Source: Mobula hypostoma | Lineage: Eukaryota | Direction of reading: 5' to 3' | NCBI RefSeq assembly: GCF_963921235.1 | Contig: NC_086109.1 | Span: forward strand, 37,512,001-37,576,000 | DNA length: 64,000 nucleotides | Shown: positions 50,908 through 63,497 of the stretch, piece after piece | Layout of the letters: each line of letters starts with the position of its first letter | Numbering within the stretch: the first letter of the stretch is position 1 | Translations under genes and position numbers: made by a program | The notes under the pieces: model-generated | Told to the model about the DNA's origin: nothing | Database searches by the model: none | Seen by the model: the letters and a program-made list of their open reading frames with translations, nothing else

Positions 50908-53471
50908 AGCTGTGCTAAAGCACCACCTCCCACTGGTGAGCTTAAAAACTTGGCATCTGCCTCTATCAGAGTTGTTGGTCGCTTCCATCTAATAGATAGT
51001 CTGCTCTTCAGGTTTCCATGCAACTACTGAAGGGTTTGCAAAAGGTGGATACACTGTCTGACTATCTGCCCCTCTGGACGTACTTGGTCAACACCCATGA
51101 TGATCCTGTTTCTGCTGCCTCAGCTACAGCCCTGCTGGTTTACTTGATCCCTCTTCTAGTGAAGCCAAGGTCACGCAGCCACTTCTGGAAAGTGAATGCA
51201 ATAAAGCCATGCCAACCTACTTTGAATGGATAGCATAAGACCTTCCACCCTCTGTCTCTGCACTCGATCTTAATTCTGCATACTGGTAAACTTGCGCTCA
51301 CGGGCTTCATCGATGTTGTTTTCCCAGGGGACTGTGAGTTCACCAAGTTCCACTTCTCTACTGGTGTCAGACCATATGATTATATCTGGACACAATGTGG
51401 TGAAAGCTATTTGCTCTGGGAAACTGCCTTTCCCATCCAGGTCAGCCTTGACACCAGTCATTGGCTGAAGAAAGTATGCTTGATCGTGGGCTTGCGCTGT
51501 ACACCCTTGACTTGGAGCCTTCTTTCACAAATGATATGCGATGTTCTGCGCTGCAAGGGGCTTGAGGTAAGTTGTGCTGCAGTACTCTGCTTAGCCACTT
51601 CTGTTACAACTTTGAGAATGTTGTTATGTCTCCAAGTGTACATGCTGCTGGAAAGATTGACTGCATGCACTCAAAATATGTTGGTGTTCCTTTCTCGCCA
51701 CAAGCAGCACACCTGTCTGTCTTCATACCAGGTGCTGAGGTTGGCAGGTGTTGGGAGCAGGTGGTACGCTGCTCTGCATGGAAAAGAAATGCGGAGTGGT
51801 TCCATCTGCCACAGAACATTCCAAGATAGGTGTCGTTGTTCAACACTTTCCCTCCAGGCCCAAGCCCCTTGTTTGGCCAGGCCAGCTGTTTTAGCTAACC
51901 TCTTCTCCTCTTCTACCTCTTGTAATTCTTGCATTACGAGCTCACAGTGCTCCCTACCTGTAGAAGATGACCACCACTTGTGGGTCGTCCATCCAAGTCC
52001 CTGGTGGCCTAGCTGGGTAGCCCCAACCATCTCCTTGTGCTTCAATCTAGACTCTGCCTCATCAACTGCTACATGGGCTGACCACTTCCTGCCTGATCTC
52101 ACATCTGACTGGGTGTTCTTGATGACAGGGTCTTCTGAGTCTCGAAGCATCAAGAATGATCTTACCCTGGCTACTGTGGATTGTAACATTGGTGAGGCTG
52201 CTCAGTACTCCAAGCCACTTCTTCACATACTTGTTGACCTTCCGTTCCATTGCCTCAACATGGGACATTGCCACTTCATAGACAGTCAGTGGCCACATTA
52301 TCTGTGGCATCAGTCCGTACTGCAAGCACCACAACTTCAACTTCCGAGGCAAGCCACACTTGACAAAAGACCTCTGCTGATCTGTTCTCCTGTCTCTTGG
52401 ACCCTCTTGGTGTCTCTCAGCTCCTCTGTGTACCATCACCCGAGGCTCTTAGTTGGATGGTCCTGAATGGATGGAATCTCCTCTTTCTCTTTTTACGTTG
52501 TGACTCTGCACGACGGAGTGATGCTAACTTTAATCGAAAATGCTCTTGGAGATCAGCAAGCCCTGGCTTGTCACCTCACTTGCTACCTTTCACCTCTGTC
52601 TCAATGATCTAAGCTCTCACCTCAACCTACTAATCTCCTGGCGCCTGCTTAGTGTCTGTGCTGGCTTTGCTTTCTTCAACTCAACCAAACCAAACCGGTA
52701 CTTTCCAACATCGTAAATCATATCGCCCATCACTTCCAACTTTCTCTTTGATGTTCCCATGAGAGTGTTCTCCAACATCATACTGATATCCTCATCAAAT
52801 ACATGCCAAGCCTTCTCGTCTGCCATTGCTGGCCACTTGACCTTCCTATTCTTCTCTACCTCCTCACCACCGCCATTATGTGAAGGATCTACCTGGGTAC
52901 TGTGGTCTGAAACCTGACCTGGGTTATCTCTCGTCTGACCAGGAGTATGATGACTCTCTCCAGAGCGAATCGCTGTGGCTTGTGAATCAGTGGTTGAAAA
53001 GACCACATCATCTGTGCTTGGTGAAGTAATTTCATTTTCATCCACTGGGATGGAATAGCACTTCAACTTTGCTTGGTAGACTTGTGAACCTTAAATGCTG
53101 GAAAATGCTTTCCCACACCAATACCCTGGACACTCAGAGCCTCTTATCCTAGCTCTTGGTCGTAGTCGTTCCCTGTAATTAACTGTAACTGTCTGATTGG
53201 GTCCATCACTCTCCCTCCCTCTCGGAAGACCCCAAGGGTATGTTTCTCCATGTAAACTAGGAGCTTCAAGAGGTGGGTGCTCTTCTGAGCTGGTGCCCGG
53301 ACTGCCAATCCTGACACCCCCGGTGTCGGTCTTTCCTGTCTGTCCGCTGTCTCTGCACGCTGTCACCGGACTATTCCCGGTCGCCAACCAGACTATTCCT
53401 GGTAGTCACTGGTGTCCAGAACAAAATAATTGGACTAAGATGTTAACTGTCCTGTGCTTTCACCAGTGGGA

Positions 53472-53545
53472 TCATCAGTTGATCAGCCACCTGTCTTCAG
53501 GAGTTTCGGCCCACTTTGATTAAGACTCCCTCAAGGTGGTGGGCC
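53472..53545 (-). ncRNA. Candidate non-circularly permuted hammerhead ribozyme (core intact)
   Basis: Minus strand: GGCCCAC-CACCU-UGAG-GGAGUC-UUAAUCA-AA-GUGGGCC-GAAACUCC-UGAAGAC-AGGUG-GC-UGAUCAA-CUGAUGA. Confidence 0.7.
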
Positions 53546-54149
53546 AGCAGTGCTAAAGCACCACTTCCCACTGGTGAGCTTAAAAACTTGGCATCTGCCT
53601 CTATCAGAGTTGTTAGTCGCTTCCGTCCAACAGATGGTCTACTCTTCAGGAGTCTATGCAACTACTGAAGGATTTGCAAAAGATAGATACACTGTCTGGC
53701 TATCTGCCCCTCTGGATGTACTTGGTCCACACCCATGATGATCCCATCTCTGCTGCCTCAACTTACAGCCCTGCTGGTTTGTATATGAACCTAATGAAGA
53801 ACCTCAGCTATCATGATTGTATACTAACTTAAAAATCATGGTCTGAAGGACATAGGGAATGACTTGAGGAATAATAATTCCTGCAATTAGATGACACTTT
53901 GTTTTTGAAAGCAGCTTGAATATTCCGTTATGCTGTACTTGGCATTTTCAATCCTGAGTTACTCCACAAATGAATGTCTTCCCAATATTAATTGAATAAT
54001 TATTAGTTTTTAACACTGGGCAACTGAAAAATTTTGGCACATGTTCTGTAGTTTATGAGCAAAAATCTAATGAAATTCAGTTTGCCTTTTGGTGTCTTCC
54101 TCTGTGGGTACTGTTGAAGACTAAATTGTTGTAATGTGAAAATTTGATT

Positions 54150-54633
54150 TACAAAGGGTGATTGATAAGTTCGTGGCCTACGGTAGAAGGGGTCAATTTT
54201 AGAAAACCTAGCACATTTATTTTTCCTACATTTACACACTTAGTCCAGTGGATGTGGAGCATACAGATCCCTTCTTTGTGGAAGTCGACGTCTTGGACCT
54301 CCAGAAAGTGGTCCACAGCAGGGATGATTGATAAGTTCATGGTCTAAAGTAGAAGGAGATGAGGAGATTTCAAACTTGCTACATTTTCGCTCGGAATTGA
54401 ACTGCACGTGCATGTAACGAGAGCTTGTATAACTCATCTCCTTCTACCTTAGGCCACAAACTTATCTATCACCCCGCTGTGGACCATTTCTACAAAGGAG
54501 GGATCCATATGCTCCACAACCAATGGACTGTGTGTACATGTAGGACGGGACTATGTTGAAAAATAAATGTGCTTGGTTTTCTAAAACTGACTCTTTCTAC
54601 CTTAGGCCACGAACTTATCAGTCACCTCTCGTA
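54150..54633. mobile_element. Mariner-derived palindromic MITE, same family as 19893-20240
   Basis: Four TIR copies (two forward, two reverse); both arms carry decayed mariner transposase C-terminal sequence (F.KEGI.ML...WTKCV.VG.DYVEK). Confidence 0.85.
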
Positions 54634-54978
54634 TAGTGCTGAGACTCCTTCCTTTTAGAAGGAAAACAGATCGGTGCTGTGCGACCTCTCAAAACAAATC
54701 CATTTCCCTTGTAACTTATTTTTTCTCTCCCAGCAATCAATTCCACCTGGATTATCATATCCCCCACCTGCACCAGGGGAAATGCATAGTAATCAGCTAT
54801 GTATTGGTTATTGTGACATTTTGGTAGAGGTAATCCAACTGATGACAGGTGGAGTGTCCACTGACAGCATCGGAGGTCAGGATCTAATCTGAGTCCATAC
54901 TGTGCCTTTCATATAGTGAGGGAAGGAGCAAATCTTGCTATTGTTACTACAAGTGGCTTTCATGAAAATGGGAACTTG

Positions 54979-57900
54979 CACAAATAGCTTTCCTCCAGGA
55001 AACACATATGAGCCAATCTGAACATGGAAAATTAAAAAGAATGGGCTTTAAGCGTGTATTTTATTCATCATATAAATTGAGTCACAAAAGAGGGGTAGCT
55101 ACTTTAATATCAAGTACTCTTATTATGAACATATTTCAGAGACTAGAGACAAAAAAGGACGGTTTGTAAAAATCACAGGAAGAATAGAAGGTACAGAAAT
55201 AACATTGCTGAATGTTTATGCTCCTCCAGGTAGTGAATGGTCATTTTATAGACACATTTTTGACCTAATGGTCAGTTCTCGAGGGGTAGTAATTTGTGGA
55301 GGGGATTTTAATATTAGATTAAATCCTATATTAGATTCTTCAAGAATAGTTACTCAGAATAAACCTCTGACTCGGAAAGTGAATTCATTGATGGAGGAGT
55401 TGGGAATTATAGATGTCTGGAGGGAATTACACCCTACTAGTAAAGATTATACATATTACTCTTTCCCTCATTCAGCCTATTCAAGGATAGACTATTTCTT
55501 TATCTTTAATACAGATAGACTCAGGATAAAAAACTGTAATATTGCAACAATTGATCTGTCGGATCATAGCCCAGTCTCTATGTCTCTAATCCTGGAAAGG
55601 AAAATGAGGAAAACACTATGGAGGCTAAACTCACATATACTCAATAACCCGAAAGTAATGGAGAGATTAAGGGGAGAAATCAAAGAATATCTAGACCTTA
55701 ATGACACGGGAGAAACATCACCAGTGATTTTATGGGATACATTGAAAGCTGTACTGAGGGAAAATTATTTCCATTACTACTCACATGAAAAAAATCAATG
55801 CACAAAAATTAGCAGACCTTCAAGGAAAATTAAAACAACTTCAAGTTGTAGATAGCAACAAAAGTAATTCAAATCAAAAACAGGAAATTAGGAAATTGCA
55901 AAGTGAAATTGATGATATTTATACGTTGGAAACTCAAAGAAATTTTCTTTACCTGAGACAAAAGAATTATGAAGTAGGAGGTAAATCAGCTAGATTATTA
56001 GCATATAAATTACAAAAACAACAAGCAGACAATACAATTCATAAAATAAAGAATCCAAAGACAAAGCTTGTGGAGAGTACAATGGGGAAAATTCAAGAGA
56101 GTTTTGAAACATCTTATCGAGAGCTGTACTCCCAACCCCGGGCCCCCAATGAGCCCTATATAGACAGTGTATTGAATTTTTTAGATCTACCTAAACTTAC
56201 AGATTTACAAAATGAAAGTTTATTAGAACCAGTAACTGTCAGAACTGAACGTGGCCATCTCTAGGTTAAAGGCTGGAAAGTCCCCGGGTTCTGATGGGTT
56301 TACCTCAGAGTGGTACAAGTCCCTGAAGACACAGTTAGCCCCATTACTACTTAACACCTTTAATTGGATCTTGCAGAGAGGAGAAACTCCACCTTCCTGG
56401 AGAGAAGCGATTATTTCAGTTATTCCTAAAGAGGGTAAAGATAAACTAGAATGTGGCAATTATTGGCCAATTAGTGTTCTTAATTTAGATTACAAACTAT
56501 TTACATCTATATTAGCGCGCAGATTGGAAATGCTTTTACCTGGCCTAATCCATTTAGACCAGACTGGATTTATTCAACAAAGACAAACACAGGACAACAT
56601 AAGGAGAACTCTGCACATATTAGAACAGGTTAATAAGAACGAGACAGAGACAATGGTAGTAGGATTGGACGCTGAGAAAGCTTTTGATTCGGTTAGTTGG
56701 GCATTCCTATACAGAGTGTTAGGAAGATTCGGCTTTCAAGAAAGGTTTATTAAAGTAATTCAGACTCTATATGACAGCCCTACAGCCCGAATTAAGATAA
56801 ATGGGGACCTCTCTGACTCCTTCATTTTAGAGAGAGGCACTAGACAGGGATGCCCAATTTCTCCTCTCCTTTTTGCGCTATATATTGAACCACTTGCCCA
56901 ACTAATAAGACAGAGCGAAATCGTAAAAGGTATCAAGGTGGCAGGGATTGAACAGAAAGTGGCGTTATTCGCACATGATGTTTTGGTCTATCTGAGTGAA
57001 CCAGAAAAATCATTTATAGGATTGTTTACACTGTTGGATGACTTTAGGAAAATATCAGGTTATAAAATAAATGTAAAGAAAACGCAGGTTATGTCCCTAA
57101 ATTATACACCATCCAAAAAATTGCAGGATACATACGATCTTAAGTAGGAAGCTAAATCATTAAAATATTTAGGAATAACCCTGCCGAACGATCTTTCAAC
57201 ACTGTCACAGGTAAATTATGGGCCATTAATCACAGAGATAAAAGCGGATATGCATAGATGGAACCTTATCCCCTTTTTAAGTTTAAATTCAAGGATAAGT
57301 ACTATAAAAATGAATATTTTTCCTCGGTTATTATATCTTTTCCGTACTTTACCAGTGGAGGTGGATGATAATCAATTCAGGGAATGGGACAAATGGATTT
57401 CCCGCTTCATTTGGCAAGGAAGGAAACCTAGAATTCGATATAACACCTTACAGTTAGGGAAGGAAGGAGGAGGTATGGTTCTTCCTTGCCTGAGAAATTA
57501 TTTTTATGCCTCGCAGATAACCCCTCTGTTATATTGGTGTAATAGGGAATATAAGGCTAGATGGAAGGAAATAGAATTTGGATTAGTTGACAGTTTTCCT
57601 CTTCAGGCCTCAATAGCTGACAAAGGATTGATGGCCCAGTTGGAAAAATTTAATAATGCTTGGATAAATCTTACATTAAAAGTATGGCAGAAGGTGGTTA
57701 ATTCATGTGGAATTAATAACATGTTAAAACTCTTTAGATGGTGTGCATATGATACCGAATTCCTTCCCAACAGAGGAGATAAAAGATTTGAGCTATGGAT
57801 AAAGAAAGGTCTTACAACCTACCTCTCAGTTATAGATAAAAGATAATTACAAAGTTTCCAAATCCTGCAGGACAAACATGGCCTAGAACATAATGACTTT

Positions 57901-59216
57901 TTTTAGGTACCTTCAAATACGAAACTATGTTAACCAGAGTTGTAGATATACAGACCTATCAACAGTAGAATTAGAATTTTTCAAGATTCTGAATTTGGCT
58001 TGCAGTTCAATACCTAGTAAATCAGTTTCTCGCCTATATAATGCACTCTCCCATGCTAAAAATGTAAATACACTGTATATTAAAGAGAAATGGGAGAAAG
58101 AAGCGGGGTTGGTACTTTCAGAGGAGGCTTGGGGGAAAATCTGCAGCTTTCAATGGTCCTCGACTAATTCTTTGACTTGGAGAGAACATTGTTGGAAAAA
58201 CATTATAAGATACTTCAAGACCCCATATCAGGAAAAATATAAAGATACAAATGTGATGTGTTGGAGAAGGTGCGGCTCCAAGGAGGCAAATCATTTTCAT
58301 ATTTTCTGGGATTGCCCTAAATTAAGTCTATTTTGGGAAGGTATTCATAGAACATTAGTTAAGGTACTTAGATCCCAGATACCTCTGAACTTTGAGACGC
58401 TCTATTTGGGGCATGTATTGTTCCTTGAACAGAAGGAAGATATAAAGTTGCTGCAGGCCCTCTTAGCGGCAAGTAAGAAATCAATCACTAGAAAATGGCT
58501 AAATCCAATACCAGCTACATTAGAAGATTGGTACGAAATTATCTTGGAAATATTTAAAATGGAAAAGTTGACTTACTCCCTGAGAACTCAAAAAGAAACA
58601 TTTTATCAAATCTGGAATAAATGGATTGAATATATAACCCCAATGCGAGCAGACTTTAGATGACTCTCCTAATGATTTATATTGCTCTTCTCATCAACAC
58701 AGTAATATTGGTAACGTAAGCACCCCTAGTCTAAATGTTTGTTTTTTTTTGGAAAATAGAGAATTAACACAAATAAAGGGAAAGATTTGGGAAAGGGATA
58801 AAAAAAAAATGAAAAAATTAAGTAAATAAGTACATAGGGATTGGATAATTATGTCTGCGGGCAGGAACAAGCAAGAACAAATTGGGATATAAACACCTAC
58901 AATGGTTGGTATATAGGCTTGTATGCAACATTTTGGACCAGTGGAAATGGTCCAGAAGGGTTGTATGGAAACTATTATTACCATTTTTCTTAACAACTAA
59001 TTTCATTACTTAGCCTAATAGGTTAGATTTACCACAGTACATAATTATCTATTTAAATGTTTATTTTCCTTTTATATAATCTCAATGTGTACTTAAGAAT
59101 GTATAAATAATTGTAGTTTTATACATATAAAAAACTGGAAAAGGTTATATGTGTGAAAAAAGTACATGATAATTGTGAATTCCTTATCCAAATAAAAATA
59201 AAATTAAAAAAAAAAA
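54979..59216 (+). mobile_element. L1-clade LINE, 5'-truncated in the APE domain, with several frameshifts and stops
   Basis: Motifs LQETH, GGDFN and SDHSP; LDAEKAFD, GTRQGCPISP and FAHD; CWRRCG...HIFWDC; AATAAA + poly(A); 15-bp TSD gaaaatgggaacttg (54964-54978 / 59217-59231). Confidence 0.93.
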
Positions 59217-59844
59217 GAAAATGGGAACTTGTGCCATTAGGTCATTTACCAACTTTGTCTGGAGAACAGTGAACTACAGCCTCAATATAATTGAGGTTGA
59301 ACAGTATTCAGTTTCAAAATTCAGAAAATAAATTATCTTTCCCTTAAATTAATGATGTTCAGTGAAGTGTTTTAAGTACTATTGCAGATATATCTTTTAT
59401 TGCAGCAAGTTCTAATGTTTGATCGTGGAAATTAATTTCCAAGTTGCTGCTGTACTGTTGTGGATTTCATGCATTGTAATTGGTGTGTATCACTTGTTTC
59501 TTTAAATCTTTACAAATAAAGCTGTAAATGAAAGCTGAATGGCAGCACAACTGTATTATGTTTATTTTGACTGGAGTTCTTTCAATCAGTTTATCAAATG
59601 AATGACTTTTTCCCTGTTTTGTGGGTATGTCAGTATTTATTTGATTAGGAAGTAGTGTTTTTAATTGCATGTTGTCTGCATTTCATCATTGTACAGATCA
59701 GTTTATAAGTTAGTGTATGATTGTAAGAAAATATTCATTTCTAGACAATTAGATTCCATACTCCAAAAAGAATAAAGTGCTCATCTTAAATATACAAAAA
59801 CATGTAAATACTTAATGCTGATATATGTTAATTTTATTATTTAG

Positions 59845-59943
59845 GGAGCCTGGCGGCCATCTCTCAACCTCTCTACTGTGTTGACATCAATTCATTTATT
59901 GATGTCTGAACCTAATCCAGATGATCCTCTCATGGCTGACATT
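59845..59943 (+). CDS. UBE2T: UBE2T coding exon 4
   Basis: ttag acceptor; reads [33 protein letters not shown]; donor gtaag. Confidence 0.95.
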
Positions 59944-60534
59944 GTAAGTTTTTTTTGAAATTGGCAATCACAAATACAATATTTGATGGAACTCATCTCA
60001 AAGTGAGCGTGTTACTGAATGTACTGCTTGATTTAACAAAAAATCTAGATGCTGAAAATTGAGAGTTTTAAAAAAATATATATAGGAATCCTAACTTCAA
60101 CAGGTTATGCAGCATCTAAAAAGAGAAGCAAAGTTAAAGTAAAAAGTGGATCACATTTCATCAGAATTTGTTTGATTTTTTTTACAATTTTTGTGGGGAA
60201 AGAACAAAGGAAAAGGTGGAGAGCTGGATATGATGGTATTGTTTGAGTGCTGAAACCTTGTTAATCACAGTTACTGTCTTTGGAAGTGATGTGAATGAAG
60301 AGAAACTAGGGTAAAGATGCTGCAATTGAAATAGGAAACAAAATAGTTGCTGGAATTCTGAAATGAGAATGTTTGAAATATTAAATGAGTTAGGAAGGAG
60401 TTCCTTTGAGAGACAAAAAAGACAACCTATGATGTTCAATCAGAACTATTGAGTTCTGATAACCAGCCTTTCCATCTTTTTAACTGAAATTAACTGTAAC
60501 TCCAAGGCTGTAATGTGCTGGTCAAACTATTAGC

Positions 60535-61070
60535 AGTTTGGGGCCTTTTATCTAAGAAAAGATGTGCTGGCATTGGAAAGGGTCCAGAGGAGGTTCATGA
60601 GAATGATCCTAGGATTGAAAGGATTTACATGTGAGGAGTGTTTGCCTGAAGGTCTGTACTGCTGGCGTTTAGAAGAATCGGGGTGTGGCTATTGAACCTA
60701 TTGAATGTTGAAATTCTTAGAGTGGATGTGGAGAGGATATTTCCTATTTCCTGGAGTGGGGGGAGTCTCGAACTATAGGACACAGCCATAGAACGCGAGA
60801 ACATTTCTTTAGAACAGAGATGAGGAATTTATTTAGCCAGAGTGTGGTGAGTCTGTGGAATTCTTTGCCATGGATGGCTGTGGAGGTCAACTCAATGGCT
60901 ATATTTAAAGTGGAAGTTAATAAGTTTTGATTAATTAGGGTGTCAAAGGTTACTGGGAAATGGCAGGAGAATGGGGTTGAGAGGGATAATAAATCAGCTA
61001 TGATGGAATAGTGGACCAGACTCAATTGGCTGAATGGCCTAATTCTGCTCCTTTGTCTTTTGGTCTCAGA
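60535..61070 (+). mobile_element. CR1 3' fragment
   Basis: Decayed LRKDVLALERVQRRF...FSQSVVSLWNSLP sequence and the CR1 3' UTR stem-loop. Confidence 0.8.
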
Positions 61071-61820
61071 TGAGATTGCTCTTTAGGCTTGATGTTTGGC
61101 TTCATTAGATTAGTGTAAGAGGTCAAAGATGGGGGTTGGTTTGGAAACGAGATAGAGAATTTAAGGGGGGGAGAAAAAACTGGAAACTTGGTCACCTGTG
61201 TGGATTGAACAGAGGTGTTCTGCAAAGCAGTCACCTAATTTATATTGGGTATAATTGGGTATTTTAGGAGACCACACAGTGAGTACTGAAAGAAATAAAC
61301 TAATTTAGAAGAAATTAAGGGAAGTGTTACTTCATCTGGAGGGAGCATTTGGGTCTGAGCTGGTGGGAAAGGAGAAGAATAGGTAATACATTTGGTGTGG
61401 TTACGCACAAAGATGCTGTGAGAAGCAGTAGTTGTCATTGAAAGAGATTGAAGAGTGAATAAGGGAGTCATGAAGAGGAAAATGTGTCTATTAGTGCCAT
61501 TACATTAAAAATCATGGAATTACAGAGAATGATGTGTTGTGCCAAGTGAAAATGAAGGCAAAGCCAAGTGAAATACTTGTGGATGAGGAAGTGGAGTGAA
61601 AGATGGTATTCAAGAAATGGAACAGAAGTGGTAGAGAGCATTATTAAAAATGGTAGAAAGGAAACAAAATTAACTTATTCATAATTATCAATGCACATCT
61701 GTGGTTCTTTAATGCAATGAGTTGCATAGTGATCAGAAAAATCTGAAACATTAACTTTCAATTTTTTCTAATGTTACAAAATTCCTATAAAATATACAAA
61801 AATGGGAATATTAACTGGCT

Positions 61821-61996
61821 ACACACTTAAAAGTTGCTGGTGAACGCAGCAGGCCAGGCAGCATCTGTTCGAAGGGTCTCGGCCTGAAACGTCGACTGCA
61901 CCTCTTCCTACAGATGCTGCCTGGCCTGCTGCGTTCACCAGCAACTTTTATGTGTGTTGCTTGAATTTCCAGCATCTGCAGAATTCCTGTTGTTTG
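61821..61996. mobile_element. 176-bp inverted Penelope terminal fragment
   Basis: ~48-bp inverted arms around a partial hammerhead; 13-bp TSD atattaactggct (61808-61820 / 61997-62009). Confidence 0.9.
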
Positions 61997-63262
61997 ATAT
62001 TAACTGGCTTACAATTTTGTTGCCCCTTTGGCTTGGTGCTATGGAATGACATAATGGAATGGAGCAAGAGGTCAGATACATATAAGAGACACCTGGAGGC
62101 CTTTCGTCCTGTGTCTGCTTATCCAATAAATAATGTGACTACTCTTCAACTTCAGCACAACAGAATTAGCCCGTTTGGCCCATCAATTCTGCTCTCCATT
62201 TGATTCTGGCTGATGCATGAAGCAGTTAGGCTGAGCACCACCACCAGTACTTTATCTTTTCCTGTCTGTCACCTAAGAACAAACATTCCTGTGCCTATCA
62301 ATCTCTGTATATAAGCTTATGTATTTATTTTTCATTATTCTTGTTTTTTTTTGTATTGTACTGGATCTGGAGTGAAAATTATTTTGTTTTCCTTTACACG
62401 TATACAGGGAATGACATTAAACAATCTTGAATCTTTTCATTTAAAAGTGCTCATATGGAGAAACTGGCAGTGATGTTTAAAGTTGCAATATTTGGATTGA
62501 AGTGTTGTCTATTTTCATAGCTCACAGAGGACCTCTAGTGTTGCAATCTACTGTGGCACCAACTTAAAAGTCTGGCTCCCAGATCCTTGTGGAACAAAAT
62601 AAATGCATTGCTCTCTGGCGCTGATTGTCCAAAATAAGTTATCCATAATTTTCCCTTGATAATTCCAATTTTATTTTTTGTTAATGAAAAATTCAGTTAA
62701 GTTTGAACAAATTCATTTGTGAGTATTAATTTCCCCACAATCACACATTGCTTAATTTGAAATTTGTAGTTTATCAGATAAATTTATTTACTCTTTAACA
62801 TTTCCTTTGGACCTCCTTGATTATGATACTAGTTTTAATTAACACTTGGATTTGATTCATGGTCTTGTGTTTTGCTCTCCCTTTGCCTTCTGACGTGATT
62901 TATTCCTATACAGGAGGGCTTCATGTTTTTGGATTTTAACTTTTCTTCAAGATCTTTAGAATCTTTGGTTATCAGAAATTATTGAGCACTTGTATCAATA
63001 GGAACATTTCACTGTTTCCAAAACTCCATTAATATAATTGTTCTAGGATTGCATTTATAATATGAACAATATGGGATTGCTAATTCTGGTTTGATTTTGT
63101 ATTGGTTACTTCATCTTTCTGATGTGGTGTGCTTTTGCCTTTCTGATAGGAATATCACTAGCCAGTTGATGACTAAACATATTTTCTCTATTGTAGTGTA
63201 TAAACTACAGGAATAAAATGCATCCTAAAATGACCTAATGCACTTTCACATTTTATTTTTAG

Positions 63263-63349
63263 TCATCTGAATTCAAATATAACAGGCAGTCTTTTGTGGA
63301 AAATGCAAAAAAATGGACATTAAAGCATGCAACACAAACAAAGGACAAG
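63263..63349 (+). CDS. UBE2T: UBE2T coding exon 5 (final exon lies beyond the window)
   Basis: tttttag acceptor; reads SSEFKYNRQSFVENAKKWTLKHATQTKDK; donor gtgag. Confidence 0.92.
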
Positions 63350-63497
63350 GTGAGTTTAAACGTTTGTGGAGAATTATAATTTTCCATTACTTGGGTGTCA
63401 ATACTGCTGTGTAGCTGGTTGTTAAATGCCATTTTAAAATGTTCTGTTTTCTTTCCAAACATGAATTTGGTAATGTGGTGTAAAGAGTTGGAGTGTA

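Larger units (their letters stand above)
50791..53780 (-). mobile_element. HERO-like (R2-superfamily, restriction-like endonuclease) LINE, RT core deleted, with ~350-bp terminal direct repeats
   Basis: N-terminal C..CGK zinc finger; KVKWP...W..FDED; CAACG...YTWRHN; PDIIIWS...ELTVPWE...ERK; YPFKVG. Repeats at 50791-51141 and 53430-53780. Confidence 0.85.

Noticed and set aside
53455..53480. Simple hammerhead reading CUGAUGA-ucccacuggu-GAAA on the minus strand
   Set aside because: Stem II would need a 1-nt loop, no stem III or NUH follows, and the second copy has GAUA at this position. The permuted fold uses the upstream GAAA instead.
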